64,000 bases of DNA from an uncultured cyanobacterium (GCA_963766075.1 CAVYAN010000065.1:1-64000); one strand, 5' to 3'; shown: positions 34,065-44,728, numbered from the stretch's first letter. Notes: generated from the sequence alone by a model not told the origin. Made by a program: numbers and translations.

Positions 34065-36107
34065 CTAGGAAATTCGCTCTGAACGATCCAAACGAATCAT
34101 CAAGCGAACTAATGCCAAAGCCGCGCCTGCAGCAGCCACAGCCACAGCAGCGGCTGCCCAGACAAACCCATTCACCAGCAGAATTGTAGCCGACAATGTA
34201 AAGGCGCACACCAAAAGCGTATAATTCGTGCCCATATTCACGCCGCTCAGCCGCCGCAGAATGCGATCGGTTTCAATAGAGCGCACGCGTACCCGGACAT
34301 CGCCCCGCTCTAGCTTGTCGAGGGTATCTTCAATGCGGCGGGGCAGGCCCAAGGCGCTATTGCCCACTTGCACCGCTTGCCGACTAATTTCGCCAAAAAT
34401 TCCATTTACATCCGAGGCCGGACTGCCGTTGGTCATAAGTTGCATTGCAAAAGGTTTTGCAACCTCCATAAAGTTGAAGTCTGGATCCAGCCCTTTGCCT
34501 ACCCCTTCCAGGGTGGAAAAGGCTCGCATCACAAAGGTAAAGGTGGCGGGAAACCGGAAAGGTTGCCCATAGGCAATTTCGTATAAATCGTCGCTAATGG
34601 CGCTTACGGACTGGTTTTCAAAGGGCTTGTCCATGAAGTTGTCCAGCATGAACTGCACTGATCGCCGGACTGGACCCATATCGTCTGTAGGCGCCAACGC
34701 GCCCAGTTCGATGAGGGATTGGACCACGCGATCGCCATCCTTTTGGGCGACACCAAAAAACACGCCCATTAGTTTTTCCCGGGTGAGGGGCTGAATTTGG
34801 CCCATCATGCCAAAGTCGTAGAAAATCAAGGAGCCTTCGGTACTGACTGCCAAGTTACCGGGATGGGGATCGGCATGGAAAAAGCCAGAATCCAGGATTT
34901 GTTGCAAATACGCTTTGGCCCCCAGCTTGGCGAGGGCTTTGCGATCCAGTCCCGCCGCTTCTAGTGCCTCATAATGGCTGATTTTGATACCGGGAACATA
35001 CTCCAACGTCAATACCCGAGGCGAAGCATAGCGCCAGAACACCCGGGGCACCCGCACCCAGTCCTCACTCCGGAAATTGCGCCGGAAGGTATCGGCATTC
35101 CGGCCTTCGTTAAGGTATTCAATTTCCTCGTAAAGGATTTTGCAGCATTCGGCGTAAATTCCCATCCAGTCGCGGCCTTTTCCCCATTTGGGGTGGCGTT
35201 GAAAGTAGCGGGCGATCCCCTTCAGAATTTCCAAATCAATCTGAAATAGTTTTTGCAGACCGGGGCGCTGCACTTTAACCACGACTTCTTCCCCAGAGTG
35301 GAGCTGCGCCCGATGCACTTGGCCCAAACTGGCAGCCGCCAGGGGAATTGGATCAAAGTTCCGATAAAGCACATGGAGGGGCTTGCCCAAATCCTGCTCG
35401 ATCAGGGCCTGCGTTTGCTCATAGCTAAAGGCAGGAACTTTGTCTTGGAGCTTGGAGAGTTCTTCTACGTATTCCGTGGGAAAAATATCTGCGCGAGTAG
35501 AAAATAACTGTCCAACCTTGATAAACGTTGGGCCAAGTTCCAGCAGGGTTTCTCGAATCCAAATGGCTTCCTTGCGCCGCCGTGTGGCTCGTTTGGCATC
35601 GGTCATTCCCCCTGGATAGCTCCAAGGCTTGCCGTAGAGCCATTGTTTGGTGAGGAGCCGGAGCACAAAGCTCCAAATGTCGATGTAGCGCCGTTTCTTT
35701 GAATAGCTTTCCCGACTCCAGCGGTAGGATTTATCGCCATAGGACTGGGCCGACTTGTTACCGCAATCGCTGGTGGGCGATCGCATTAAAAAATCACTGG
35801 GAGCATCCTGCAAGGACTGCTCGTAATACCGAGACACTGACTCTTCTGCCGTTACTAGTGCCGCCGGACGATGCCCCGCAATTAAAATTTCGGCGTCGGC
35901 TGCGATTGCTTCTATATCATCTAAGGGAATTAAATTATCTAAGGAAATTAACGCTACAGGCTCATTTTGGGCGCTGGTCCCAGGCGGCTGGCCATTCCCT
36001 GGCCCGGTCGCGGTCGCCAGATGGCGGTTCGGTACCGCTGCGCCCGTCGGTGGGACAGGCTCTGTAGGCAACTGAGGCGGTTCGGAGTCATTAGAGAAAA
36101 CAGACAC
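34065..36107 (-). CDS. ABC1/AarF/UbiB atypical protein kinase
   Basis: LGPTFIKVGQ, AAASLGQVH, VVVKVQRP, FFHADPHPGN and YDFGMM motifs; C-terminal TM segments. Confidence 0.93.
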   Translation of the reverse strand: MSVFSNDSEPPQLPTEPVPPTGAAVPNRHLATATGPGNGQPPGTSAQNEPVALISLDNLIPLDDIEAIAADAEILIAGHRPAALVTAEESVSRYYEQSLQDAPSDFLMRSPTSDCGNKSAQSYGDKSYRWSRESYSKKRRYIDIWSFVLRLLTKQWLYGKPWSYPGGMTDAKRATRRRKEAIWIRETLLELGPTFIKVGQLFSTRADIFPTEYVEELSKLQDKVPAFSYEQTQALIEQDLGKPLHVLYRNFDPIPLAAASLGQVHRAQLHSGEEVVVKVQRPGLQKLFQIDLEILKGIARYFQRHPKWGKGRDWMGIYAECCKILYEEIEYLNEGRNADTFRRNFRSEDWVRVPRVFWRYASPRVLTLEYVPGIKISHYEALEAAGLDRKALAKLGAKAYLQQILDSGFFHADPHPGNLAVSTEGSLIFYDFGMMGQIQPLTREKLMGVFFGVAQKDGDRVVQSLIELGALAPTDDMGPVRRSVQFMLDNFMDKPFENQSVSAISDDLYEIAYGQPFRFPATFTFVMRAFSTLEGVGKGLDPDFNFMEVAKPFAMQLMTNGSPASDVNGIFGEISRQAVQVGNSALGLPRRIEDTLDKLERGDVRVRVRSIETDRILRRLSGVNMGTNYTLLVCAFTLSATILLVNGFVWAAAAVAVAAAGAALALVRLMIRLDRSERIS

Positions 36108-36193
36108 GCGTGTTCCTGGATAAGTCCAAAGGTCAACATATATGATGCTAACAAACTGGTAGCAAGAAACCCAGTGAGATCGGGACTAGGAGC

Positions 36194-36529
36194 CTAGCTC
36201 ACATGGTTGCGGTAGCGCTTTAACTCGGTGCGCAATTCCGCTATTTCCGCCCGCAGGTCGTCAATCATGGCTTGCAAGTCAGCGCCACCACCACTGGATG
36301 GAGTGACTCCAGCAGGGGTGGGGCGATCGCTCAAAGCATCTACTTCGGCTTGGGCTGCTTTGTCCATTACCTGCTGGGTAAAATGGCGCAGCTTTTCTCG
36401 CTGTTCAGCATCAAACTTGCCGAGATCGCTCAAAACATCCGTCAAGGCATGTTCTGCTTGTTCGTACAGGGCTTCTGAGAGGGCGCGCCCGACAAAAAAT
36501 GCCCGGAGTAAAGGACTGCTCATGGACAA
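36194..36529 (-). CDS. Conserved cyanobacterial small coiled-coil protein (Sll1769/DUF6825-like)
   Basis: AFFVGRALSE...LGKFDAEQRE...DLQAMIDDLRAEIAELR. Confidence 0.85.
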   Translation of the reverse strand: MSMSSPLLRAFFVGRALSEALYEQAEHALTDVLSDLGKFDAEQREKLRHFTQQVMDKAAQAEVDALSDRPTPAGVTPSSGGGADLQAMIDDLRAEIAELRTELKRYRNHVS

Positions 36530-36613
36530 CCAAATGTAATCTATTGCAATAAAGTATAACGTGGGATGTCGGTGGGGCGCTGGCGAATAAAGCGCGTCAA
36601 TGGGCAGAATGAA

Positions 36614-37303
36614 TTAATCTTCACCAGAATCAATCCCCAAGGTCCGTAACCGAGCTGCGAATACATCCGCCCGCCGCCGCTCTTGTTCGGCTCGCTGGTG
36701 CTCTTGTTCCGCCTGCTGCTGTGCTTGCTCGGCCTGCTGCTGTGCCTGCTCGGCTTGCTGTTGTGCTTGCTCGGCTTGCTGTTGTGCTTGCTCGGCTTGC
36801 TGTTGTGCCTGAATCCGATTTTCCTGGTCCAGCGCAGCCATGTGGTTTCCACCTCTTTGAAGTAGCCTTGCCAGCGGACTAAAGCTAAGCCCAGACGTTG
36901 ACTGATCAATCGACCTTGGTTGTCTAAGTTTTTTCTCAGTTTTATCCTGGGTCGCTGTACTGTCAGGCAATAACTCAATGACGATATCGGGGGCTTTGCC
37001 CTCTTCCCACACGACCCAACTTTTGCGCTCACCGATCGCCACATCCATCACCGCAAAGACATCAGGCCCACGGTAATCCTGATTACGGACCTGGTTAGGG
37101 CTGAAATAAACAAACATGTTACCGCCGACAAAACCCCGGTTTTGCTCCAGCACTAACCAAGTGTTTAAGGGTTCAACCAGCAGGTCCATTTGCAGTTTAT
37201 GGCGGTAGGTTTCCATGGGGATGCCATCGTCACAGAGCAAGGTGTCTTGGGTGGGTGGGGAGACCCAATCTAAGGAAGTAGCCGAGGGATCAAGCTGGTA
37301 CAT
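36614..37303 (-). pseudogene. Uma2/DUF820 endonuclease-family gene with internal deletions and frameshifts
   Basis: The N-half is intact (GGNMFVYFS, YRGPDVF, RKSWVVWEE, PDIVIEL). After DKTEKK the YFxxDP segment is missing, GRLISQRLGLAL...WLRW lies in another frame, and a QAQQQAE tail follows. Confidence 0.7.
36707..36811 (-). repeat. 21-bp tandem repeat x5 (QAQQQAE)
   Basis: Repeated CTCGGCTTGCTGTTGTGCTTG variants on the + strand. Confidence 0.85.
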
Positions 37304-37362
37304 AGCCGGATGTGCCAGAGGCGATAGGGTTAATTTGATGATATCACGCCGATTAGATTGGA

Positions 37363-39045
37363 TTAATTGGGCGGAGCCATAGGAGTGAGCTGTTTGGGGG
37401 ACGGGGCCACGGGCAGGCCAAGAGATGGAGTAACGGAGTCTTGCACCGGGGGCAGCGCGGGGGGAGGATCTGGCGGCGATGTGTCAGGGGGCTGGGAGGT
37501 GGGGTTGGGGGGAGGAATAGGTCTAGAGGGGGCTTTCTCACCCGCTACCAAACGCTCCTGGGCATTGCCTGATTCTTGAGGGCTGTTGCCGATCTGGGCT
37601 TTAATAGGACTGGACCGGGCTTTGACAGTACCGGGCTGAGCCGTTTCAGTGTTCCCAGGTTTACTACCTGGAGCTTCAGTTTGTCGGGTTGGGCGAGGGA
37701 ACTGGCTGGTGGGTGATGGAGCGGCAGGCGGTTCCGTGGGTTCGGCAACACCCTGCCAGTCCTGAATTTTAGGAAATGCCTGATCCGTGTGGAAAAATTG
37801 GGAGCCGGGTCCTGTACCGCCGCTCAGCCGCAGGACGAGTCCACCGGCAAGGCCGAGCAGGGCGGCGATCGCTGAAATTTTCATGAGGGTTGGGCTGGGA
37901 AAGCGGGCGAGGGGAGCAATCTCGGCTTTGGACTGCTTCTGCGTAAGGCCCGCTGGTGAATTGGTGGCACCTAGGGCGGTGTTGGGAGCCAACTTGACAT
38001 TAGGTAAGGCCACAGTGGTTTTCGCACCGCCAGCAACGGGCGCAGCGGGCATCCCCGCCATGACGACGGGCGATGGTGATGAGGGAGGATGCGGCACCCG
38101 TCCGTCCGGATTGGGCCGCTGGGGGCTGGAAGATGGTGAGGGGAGGGGAGGGCTGTTGGGGCGCGCCGCAGGGGGCTGTGCTATAGGAGGCCGCGCTTCA
38201 CTCAATTGAGTTTCCCTAGCCTGTGATGGTGCGGTGGGCTGCGGCGGCAGGAGGGCAAACCAAATCGCCAGGGTTTGGGGGCGCGCTGGGGCACTCATCT
38301 CCATGCCTCGACAGATCGCCGTTTCCAGCGTTGGGCTAATCTGGGGCTGAATGCGTCGGGGGCTGACTAGGGCAGAGCGGTTGCGCAGGGGGGCAGAGAG
38401 CGGGGGCTGCCCCGTGACTAAGTGGTAGAGGCTAGCGGCTAAGGCATAGATATCTGTAGCGGGGGTAATGGGTTCGGCGGGGCGATATTGTTCTAGGGCG
38501 ATGTAATCAACGAGGGGCTGGCTGCTGGTGGCGAGTTGGGCTGTGGCGATCGCCGCGTGGGCAAAGCCAAAATCAATCAGCACCACAAAATCTGCGGTGG
38601 GCGGGCGCACCATATTCTGGGGCTTGATGTCCAAATGCAGCAAGCCTTTCTGGTGCAGGGCATTGAGGGCTGAGGCCACCTGGCGGATATACTGCAATGC
38701 CTTGACTTCTGGCAGGGGACCATGGGCTTGAATCCAGTCAGCTAAATTTTCCCCCGGCACAAAATCCATGACTATATAGGGCAAGCCCTCTTCCTCAAAG
38801 ATTTCCAAAATTTTGACCAATCCTGGATGGTGGCACTGAGATAATTTCTGGGCATCACTCAAAAACCGCTGTTTCAGGGACGCAAAGTCTGTCGGGATCG
38901 CATGAGGGCGCAGACTTTTGATCACAACGGATTGGTTGCGCGATAGCAACATGGCCCGATAGGTTGCGCTGATGCCCGCTGGTCCAAGGGATTCGCCCAG
39001 AAGGTATTTGCCACTATGCAGAAGTTTGCCGGAATGCAGGTCCAT
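37363..39045 (-). CDS. Hanks-type Ser/Thr protein kinase with Pro-rich linker, TM segment and Pro-rich C-terminus
   Basis: VVIK, HLDIKPQN, IDFG and TDIYALA motifs; TM segment AIAALLGLAGGLVL. Confidence 0.9.
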   Translation of the reverse strand: MDLHSGKLLHSGKYLLGESLGPAGISATYRAMLLSRNQSVVIKSLRPHAIPTDFASLKQRFLSDAQKLSQCHHPGLVKILEIFEEEGLPYIVMDFVPGENLADWIQAHGPLPEVKALQYIRQVASALNALHQKGLLHLDIKPQNMVRPPTADFVVLIDFGFAHAAIATAQLATSSQPLVDYIALEQYRPAEPITPATDIYALAASLYHLVTGQPPLSAPLRNRSALVSPRRIQPQISPTLETAICRGMEMSAPARPQTLAIWFALLPPQPTAPSQARETQLSEARPPIAQPPAARPNSPPLPSPSSSPQRPNPDGRVPHPPSSPSPVVMAGMPAAPVAGGAKTTVALPNVKLAPNTALGATNSPAGLTQKQSKAEIAPLARFPSPTLMKISAIAALLGLAGGLVLRLSGGTGPGSQFFHTDQAFPKIQDWQGVAEPTEPPAAPSPTSQFPRPTRQTEAPGSKPGNTETAQPGTVKARSSPIKAQIGNSPQESGNAQERLVAGEKAPSRPIPPPNPTSQPPDTSPPDPPPALPPVQDSVTPSLGLPVAPSPKQLTPMAPPN

Positions 39046-39221
39046 GAGGTGCTGACGTTGGGAATCCCATTTTCGCTCCCAACCATGCTAGCGTCATTGG
39101 CGGTCAATACTGGCAATGACGAACGGGTTTATGGACGAACGGGTTTATTGAAGAGCGGGCTGGGGGAAGACGGAATTACAGCGTTAAAAATAAAAGTAGC
39201 CGATGGCGCAGGGGTGGCGCG

Positions 39222-39273
39222 GGTTGAGGTCGGATTAAATTGTTGAGGTCGGATTAAGTTGAGGTCGGATTAA
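39222..39273. repeat. Three direct copies of GTTGAGGTCGGATTAA upstream of the kinase
   Basis: Seen directly in the sequence. Confidence 0.8.
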
Positions 39274-39417
39274 ACGGTCTGCTCCGTAGAGATTTCACAC
39301 TCTGTCCTCTGCCTTCTACTGTCTGCTTTCCGCCTTCCGCTTGCATTGCTACTTAATGCATTAGGCTTGCATTAAGTTAAGTACTGAGGGTTAAGTCATT
39401 AAGTTAAGTACTGAGGG

Positions 39418-40103
39418 TTAAGTATTGAGGGCTGTGAGTAAGGCTTGAGAATCGGCGATGGCCCCAAAGACGCCGCCCTGCATGGTGACCATTTTGAGGG
39501 CAGCATGGTGGTTGCCGAGGTCGGTGGCTGCAGTGCAGTCGGACAGGAGGAGGCATTCGTAGCCGCGATCGTTGGCATCGCGCATGGTGGTGTGCACACA
39601 AACATCCGTGGTAATCCCCGAGAGAATGATGTTCTGAATGCCCAGACGCCTCAAAATTAGGTCTAGATCGGTGGCGTAGAAGGAGCCTTTGCCCGGTTTG
39701 TCGATGATGGGTTCGCCGGGTAGGGGGGCGAGTTCGGGAATGATCTCCCAGCCTGGTTCGCCGCGCACCAGCACTTTGCCGCAGGGACCAGGATCGCCAA
39801 TGCCTGCACCAATCTGGCGCGATCGCCATTGTTTATTTTCTGGCAAATCGGATAAATCGGGACGATGCCCTTCGCGAGTGTGCATGAGTGGATAGCCCTG
39901 CGATCGCATCACCTCCAGCACCGTTTTGATCGGAGCGATCGGTGCCCGTGTCAGCGACAGGTCATATCCCATTTGATCGACATAGCCCCCGATGCCACAA
40001 AAATCGGTTTGCATATCGATGATGATGAGAACACGGTATTGTCCGGTCGCAGATCGCCGTTATAGGGATATGGATAGGGATCGGCGGTAAGATAACGTCC
40101 CAT
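39418..40103 (-). CDS. biuH: Biuret amidohydrolase (isochorismatase-like cysteine hydrolase; frameshift near 40030)
   Basis: [18 protein letters not shown] joins [39 protein letters not shown] and MQGGVFG match the biuret hydrolase clade. Confidence 0.8.
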
Positions 40104-40243
40104 CGCTAGTGCTCCATGAAGGACGTTTTGGGCAACTATACGTTTATGCAGCGGCTTTTGGTGTGCCCGGGCATGAGCATTCAGTCAGTTCCGGATGGGG
40201 CGCAGGGTGCGGTCTTGGGCACCTAGGCTTTTTCCTTGGGCAC

Positions 40244-41239
40244 CTAGGCTTTTTCGTATTTGCGGGTGGGAGCCGCAAAGCCACAGGAGGTGCCGTCGGT
40301 ATAGATGACCTGATCTTCCCAGGGCAGGCGATAGGCTCCTTTGACCATATCCTGCATATAGGTATAAGGGCAATCCTGGGCACCACCTTGGACAGCGACA
40401 TAGCCGCGATGTCCAAATTGGTAAATGTTATTCTCGACGCTCCAGTGCAGGCGGGCTTCTCGCACCAGATCAGGTCGGAGTTCAGCGGTGATGATTTCAT
40501 CAGGGCGGTGGCTGCCCATGACGATGGGGGTGCCGTCGAAGTTGACGAACATGCCTTCGCCCATAGAGTCAAAACTGCCGTCGCTGCCGCACATGCAAAC
40601 AGAGGCCGTGTACATCAGGTTGCAGAAGGCGTTGGCTTGATTGGTAATTTGCCAACTGTGACGAATGGGGGCTGTATAGCCTGCGGTGCGCAGCATGATT
40701 TCGGCCCCTTTGTAGGCGCATTCCCGCGCCATTTCGGGGAACATGCCATCATGGCAGATAATCAGGGCAAGGGTGCTGCCATTGGGACCTTCGCAGACGG
40801 GAATGCCTAAATTTCCTGGCTCCCAAGGTTCTACGGGTACCCAGGGATGGAGTTTGCGGTAGTAGAGCTTGAGGTTGCCTTGGTCGTCGAGGATGATGCC
40901 GCTGTTGTAGGGGTTGCCGTTGGGATTATATTCCATGATGGAAAAACAGCCCCAGATTTTGTTATCCCTGCAAGCGGTGCTGAAGGCAGCAACTTCTGGC
41001 CCATCCAGACGGCACATGATGTCGGGGTTGGTGTCCATGGATAATCCATGGAGGGAATATTCGGGGAAGACGACCAAATCCATCGTGGGCATATTCCGCC
41101 GCGCTTTGGCGACCATGGCGGTGATTTTCTGGGTTTGGGTGTTGAGGTCGTCGGGAGTAACGACGGTGGGCAGTTGGGCCTGGACTACGCCGATCACTAT
41201 GCCGTTGGGAGATTTATTCAGTCCGCCTAGTCCGCTCAT
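40244..41239 (-). CDS. amiF: Formamidase (nitrilase superfamily)
   Basis: MSGLGGLNKS N-terminus; catalytic triad motifs VFPEYS, YRKLHPW and IICHDG. Confidence 0.88.
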   Translation of the reverse strand: MSGLGGLNKSPNGIVIGVVQAQLPTVVTPDDLNTQTQKITAMVAKARRNMPTMDLVVFPEYSLHGLSMDTNPDIMCRLDGPEVAAFSTACRDNKIWGCFSIMEYNPNGNPYNSGIILDDQGNLKLYYRKLHPWVPVEPWEPGNLGIPVCEGPNGSTLALIICHDGMFPEMARECAYKGAEIMLRTAGYTAPIRHSWQITNQANAFCNLMYTASVCMCGSDGSFDSMGEGMFVNFDGTPIVMGSHRPDEIITAELRPDLVREARLHWSVENNIYQFGHRGYVAVQGGAQDCPYTYMQDMVKGAYRLPWEDQVIYTDGTSCGFAAPTRKYEKA

Positions 41240-41304
41240 GGATGCTCCTCTGCGATCGCAGGATTAACTTCCTAAGGATTTACAGAATTAGGCGCGGCAG
41301 AATA

Positions 41305-41318
41305 GTATCCTGAGACAC
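41305..41318 (-). promoter_or_regulatory. Possible NtcA-binding site upstream of amiF-biuH
   Basis: Minus strand GTG-TCTCAGGA-TAC (variant of GTA-N8-TAC), followed 22 nt later by TAAATC (imperfect -10). Confidence 0.4.
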
Positions 41319-41579
41319 TTTCCAGAGGCGGTTTTGCCGTTTTGGTTGGGGTGGGAAATTCAAAATTTAAAATATGGTGGGAGCGCTGGAAAGGGGTTGA
41401 GGTATGGAGGCTTTGGGTACAGAGATTCTGACGCGGGAGAATCTGAAACTTTAGCAATCTTTCCTGGACGGGGTGCGGTTCCAGGGTAGGATAAAGCCCC
41501 ATTTAGACGTAATTAAGACGTAACTAAACAGTCGTAATTAGCAGACGTAACTAGCACAGTTGGCAGAGGACGGACCACT

Positions 41580-42669
41580 ATGACCCAGACCTATCGAATT
41601 ACTTTGCTTCCGGGAGATGGCATTGGCCCCGAGATTATCGCGGTGGCGGTGGCGGCGATGCATGTTGTGGGTGCCGAGGCCGGCATCGCGTTTGAATTCC
41701 AAGAAGCCTTGCTGGGGGGAGCGGCGATTGAGGCGACGGGGGAACCGCTGCCTGCAGAGACTTTGGCCAAATGTAAGGATAGTGATGGGGTGCTGCTGGC
41801 GGCGATCGGGGGTTACAAGTGGGATACTTTGCCGCGTCATTTGCGGCCTGAAACAGGGTTGCTGGGGCTGCGGGCGGGGCTGGGATTATTCGCGAATTTG
41901 CGGCCTGCAAGCATTTTGCCGCAGTTGATTGATGCCTCGACCTTGAAGAAAGAGGTGGTGGAAGGGGTGGAATATCATGGTGGTGCGGGAGTTGACCGGT
42001 GGCGTGTATTTTGGGCAACCCAAGGGCATTTTCGTGACGGAGACGGGCGAAAAGCGCGGGGTGAATACGATGGCCTATACCGAATCGGAAATCGATCGCA
42101 TCGGGCGGGTCGCGTTTGAAACGGCCCGGAAGCGGCGGAAACAGCTTTGCTCCGTGGATAAGGCGAATGTATTGGATGTGTCGCAGCTATGGCGCGATCG
42201 CATCACAGCCCTATCCGCTGAATATCCCGACGTGGAACTTTCGCACCTCTACGTCGATAATGCTGCCATGCAGCTCATCCGCGCCCCCAAGCAATTCGAC
42301 ACCATCGTCACCAGCAACCTGTTTGGCGATATTTTGTCCGATGCGGCGGCGATGCTGACGGGAAGCATTGGCATGTTGCCTTCTGCCAGCTTGGGTGCAT
42401 CCGGTCCGGGTGTCTATGAGCCGGTCCACGGTTCGGCTCCAGATATTGCCGGACAGGACAAGGCGAATCCCCTGGCCCAAGTACTGAGTGCAGCCATGCT
42501 GTTGCGCTACGGCCTGAATCAGCCCCTTGCTGCCGAAAAACTTGAACAATCTGTGTTCAAAGTTTTGGATCTGGGTTATCGTACAGGCGACATTATGTCA
42601 GACGGCATGAAACAGGTTGGCTGCCGGGAAATGGGGGCGGCATTGGTGCAGGCCCTTAAATCTCTTTAG
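41580..42669 (+). CDS. leuB: 3-isopropylmalate dehydrogenase (frameshift near 41970, likely sequencing error)
   Basis: [19 protein letters not shown] / [28 protein letters not shown] and [13 protein letters not shown] motifs. Confidence 0.95.
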
Positions 42670-42751
42670 GAAACAGATTTTTTACAGATCTGGACTTCCT
42701 TATTCGGTACAAATATACTACTAGAAATCGCACAGGATAGAGGGGTACATA

Positions 42752-43021
42752 TTGGTGACATACGCATCACAAACCCAAGGACGGAGCCGAATTGATGACA
42801 CCTCGGATTTTACTGCTTTGCTAGATCCAGCCTTGGTCCGCTCGGCGCGGCAAATCTACACGACGTTTTACGAAGTTCATCCCGAAGTGGTCGAGCGTCC
42901 CCTGGGCGTGGCCATTAACCGCTTTACCCATCGAGGTAAATTAATTTTCTCTGGCAAGCCGGTGCTGCTACCCCAGGAGTGCTTTGTGCCGTTTAGCCAG
43001 ATTGAATCGGAGCTGTACTGA
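42752..43021 (+). CDS. Conserved small cyanobacterial hypothetical protein
   Basis: LDPALVRSARQIY...RPLGVAI...RGKLIFSGKPVLLPQECFVPF; GAGGGG upstream. Confidence 0.75.
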   Translation: MVTYASQTQGRSRIDDTSDFTALLDPALVRSARQIYTTFYEVHPEVVERPLGVAINRFTHRGKLIFSGKPVLLPQECFVPFSQIESELY

Positions 43022-43129
43022 GGCTGACGGGGAAATAAAGCATGGGCTGGGTGCTTGTAGAGACTCGGCCCCATGTCTGTCGAGTCTCATTTCTAATCCA
43101 AAACCTAAAATCCAAAATCGCCCCACCCA

Positions 43130-43948
43130 ATGGATCTCCTCTTTGAGCTGCCCATTATTTTTTTCGCCCTAGTTTTGGGGGCGTCGGTGGGGAGCTTTTT
43201 AAATGTGGTGATTTATCGGTTACCGGCGGGGTTATCCCTGGTGCATCCGCCTTCCCGCTGTCCCCACTGCCTGACACGGTTGCGGAAGCACGAAAATGTG
43301 CCGGTTTTGGGCTGGCTGTGGCTCAAGGGCCGCTGTGCCCACTGCCAAGCACCGATTTCCTGGCGCTATCCTCTGGTGGAAGCTGTGACTGGGATTCTCT
43401 TTCTTTTCACCTATCTGACCTTTGGTTGGTCAGCGCAAACCGTTGGCCTGTGGCTGTTTTTTAGTTTGCTACTGGTACTGGCGCTGATTGACTTGGACAC
43501 GATGCTGTTGCCGCTGCTGCCGATGAAAATTGGGGTGGTGATGGGGCTGGGATTTCAACTAATCCTCGGATTTTCTACTGGGGGAGTGAGTGGGGCGGTA
43601 AGCCATTTGATGGATGGGATGGTGGCCAGTGTTCTGGGGCTATGGCTGCTGGATTTGATTATGATTGGGGGGACGTTGCTGCTGGGCCAAGAGGCGATGG
43701 GCAGTGGGGATAGCAAACTGGCGGCCATGATGGGAGCGTGGCTGGGCTGGAAATATTTGTTGCTGGCCTGTTTTATGGCGTGTTTGCTGGGGGCGATCGC
43801 GGGGGGAGCGGGCTTGATGTTAGGCCGGATGCAGCGCCGCCAAGCAATGCCCTTTGGACCATTTTTGGCTTTGGGGGCGGTGATTGTGGCATTTTTGGGC
43901 GATCGCCTCCTCACTGCCTACACCCAAATTTTTTACCTGCCGTTTTAA
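43130..43948 (+). CDS. pilD: Type IV prepilin peptidase
   Basis: GSFLNVVIYRLP, two CxxC motifs, ISWRYPLVE, IDLDT, MGSGDSKL and MPFGPFL. Confidence 0.95.
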   Translation: MDLLFELPIIFFALVLGASVGSFLNVVIYRLPAGLSLVHPPSRCPHCLTRLRKHENVPVLGWLWLKGRCAHCQAPISWRYPLVEAVTGILFLFTYLTFGWSAQTVGLWLFFSLLLVLALIDLDTMLLPLLPMKIGVVMGLGFQLILGFSTGGVSGAVSHLMDGMVASVLGLWLLDLIMIGGTLLLGQEAMGSGDSKLAAMMGAWLGWKYLLLACFMACLLGAIAGGAGLMLGRMQRRQAMPFGPFLALGAVIVAFLGDRLLTAYTQIFYLPF

Positions 43949-43993
43949 GCGTGCCATATTGAAGGAGACATTACGTACTTCTGAGAGTTCGGC

Positions 43994-44510
43994 ATGGTGG
44001 AAGGGTTGCTGGCACTGGGCACGGCGGCGGTGAGCAAGGCCCTCTTTGAGCAAGTCCTAAAATTGGGGCAAGCTGCTGGACAGGACTATGTGAAGGATTT
44101 CTTCAAGGGATGTTTGAAGGAGGGCATCACGGCGGTCCAGCCGGAGGTGGCGAAAAAGGCGGTGGCGAGCGCGGTAAAGGCGTTTCTGCTGATTGTGGCG
44201 GATGAGCTAGAGGATCAAGACTTGTCCGGGGCGGAGATTCGCGATCGCTACGAGCCCGCTTTGATCCAGTTTGTCCAGGATGGGACGGTCAAGCCGCTGT
44301 TGGGTAAAGCCTTTAAAAAGACTTTGCGGCGATCGATACGACGGCGTTGGCCAATTGCTGGAAACGGTCTAGTCTGCGGGGTCAGCCCTTGCCGATCCTG
44401 CCCGCTGAGTTTGATTGGGCGCACGTTGGCAGCAAGTACTTAAAAAAGTGCGGCGGATTGTGCGAGATACGCCGGAGTTGCGATCGCTCCTGGAAACTGA
44501 ACTGCTGTAG
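43994..44510 (+). pseudogene. N-terminal fragment resembling cyanobacterial NACHT/STAND NTPase N-termini, truncated
   Basis: QDYVKDFFKGCL...AFLLIVADELED...FDWAHVGSKYLKK across shifted frames; ends abruptly at a HIP1 site where AT-rich DNA begins. Confidence 0.5.
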
Positions 44511-44588
44511 GCGATCGCTCTGTCTTTATATCTAATTTCAACTGAAATCAGAAGGATCAAACTACCGTCCCCACAGTGGATTCCCGAC

Positions 44589-44675
44589 GCATAACGTTCC
44601 TGCTGAGCGGCTGTAAATCATTTTTGCAACACAACCAAGATATTCTGTCAGTCCGCTCCAGCAGGGTTGTTAGGC
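44589..44675 (-). other. attC site closing the restriction-modification cassette
   Basis: Minus strand: GCCTAAC-AACCCTGCTGGAGCGGACTG...CAGCCGCTCAGCAGGAAC-GTTATGC (RYYYAAC...GTTRRRY-like ends, paired arms with bulged bases). Confidence 0.88.
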
Positions 44676-44728
44676 GTTATTGCTGTTGCTGAAGTAGATA
44701 ATTCATGCTTTCAAAAGACATAGACTTT

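Noticed and set aside
37363..39045. Kinase as a pseudokinase
   Set aside because: The Gly-loop and APE motif are atypical, but the catalytic Lys, HxD-K-N and DFG are retained.
39222..39430. Short direct repeats (16-bp x3, 27-bp x2) as a CRISPR array
   Set aside because: Units are adjacent or separated by 0-3 nt, with no unique spacers and no cas genes.
40109..40810. Long antisense ORFs such as 40109-40810, 53238-53972 and the minus-strand ORFs at 62.3-64 kb
   Set aside because: They lie opposite well-supported genes (amiF, BaiN-like, cruA) and have no motifs of their own.
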